The position numbers and the translations under genes are program-made. Shown piece after piece: positions 63,378-64,000 of a stretch of DNA of 64,000 nucleotides (position 1 is its first letter; each line of letters opens with the position of its first letter). This stretch comes from Chiloscyllium plagiosum (taxonomy: Eukaryota). Under the pieces are notes generated by a model. The model did no database searches. It was given only the letters and a program-made list of their open reading frames with translations, and was not told where the DNA came from. Where the stretch lies: NCBI RefSeq assembly GCF_004010195.1, contig NC_057718.1:42248584-42312583 (forward strand), written 5' to 3'.

Positions 63378-64000
63378 GAACTTGAATGATTCGTTTATTG
63401 TCACTTGCATTTTACAGTGAATAATACAATAATATACAGTGAAAAGCTTCAATGGTTCACCACAATTCACCAACATTTTGAATAGTTTAAGAATAAAAAG
63501 AATAAATAGATATAACTGAAAGAGAATCTATCTTTATTCCACCACCTCTACAATAAGTCCTGAGTCATAAGCTTGCTCACCAGCGACATTGGCACTGCCA
63601 TCATCCCTCTATCACCTCGCCATCATCTGCAGCGGACCCACCAATATAGGACTTACCACACTTTAGGTGCCACCTCTTCACCCCGGGCCTATCTCGCCAT
63701 GGGGTCCCACGCTGCCACTGAATACCATACTCACCCTGCAACCAGGAGTCCCGGGCTCCGCTGCTTCTGCTGCCTCCCCAGTAGGAGTCCCTACTCCTAT
63801 AACATGTCTATCATGACTGCAAACAGAACTCTCTGGCTCCGCTGCCACCTCAAATGATGCCAGGAGTCCCCTCTCAGGACATATCATGCTACCGCCACTG
63901 CAGCCATCACCTTCTCAATGCCAGGAGAGCCCTGTCTTAGACGTACTACAACCAGGAGTCCCTGGCTTCATTGCCAGGCCAGGCTCCATTGCTAAGAATC
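63378..64000 (-). mobile_element. Unclassified element with a Rex1-like 3' end and GC-rich imperfect repeats (runs off the window)
   Basis: GAACTTGAA..TTTATTGTCA..TACAGTGAAAAG resembles 42950-43000; CCAGGAGTCCC-like motif recurs at ~63742, 63782, 63860, 63922 and 63952. Confidence 0.45.

Overview
Eukaryotic, AT-rich, CpG-depleted and repeat-dense DNA, almost certainly from a cartilaginous fish (shark). The basis is HE1-type V-SINEs and HER1-type CR1 LINEs that share a 3' tail, plus a DeuSINE. I recognise no host protein-coding exon, so the window looks intronic or intergenic, with two assembly gaps inside young CR1 copies. Nearly all listed ORFs are decayed retroelement fragments (CR1, Penelope GIY-YIG, Rex1/Babar, Gypsy), their antisense shadows, or N-gap artefacts. 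The most interesting signals are: (1) at least seven short Penelope-derived fold-back insertions from about four divergent families, with a shared geometry (inverted arms, a 30-42 nt unpaired tail, a 9-19 bp target duplication) and, in most copies, minimal hammerhead-ribozyme motifs; (2) an unexplained 230-nt island of five consecutive hairpins at 32052-32280; (3) a ~280-bp inverted copy of flanking DNA co-inserted with a Rex1 LINE; (4) an LF-SINE-like relic; (5) weak candidate minus-strand exons. All family names come from recalled motifs, not database searches, and boundaries of old elements are approximate.
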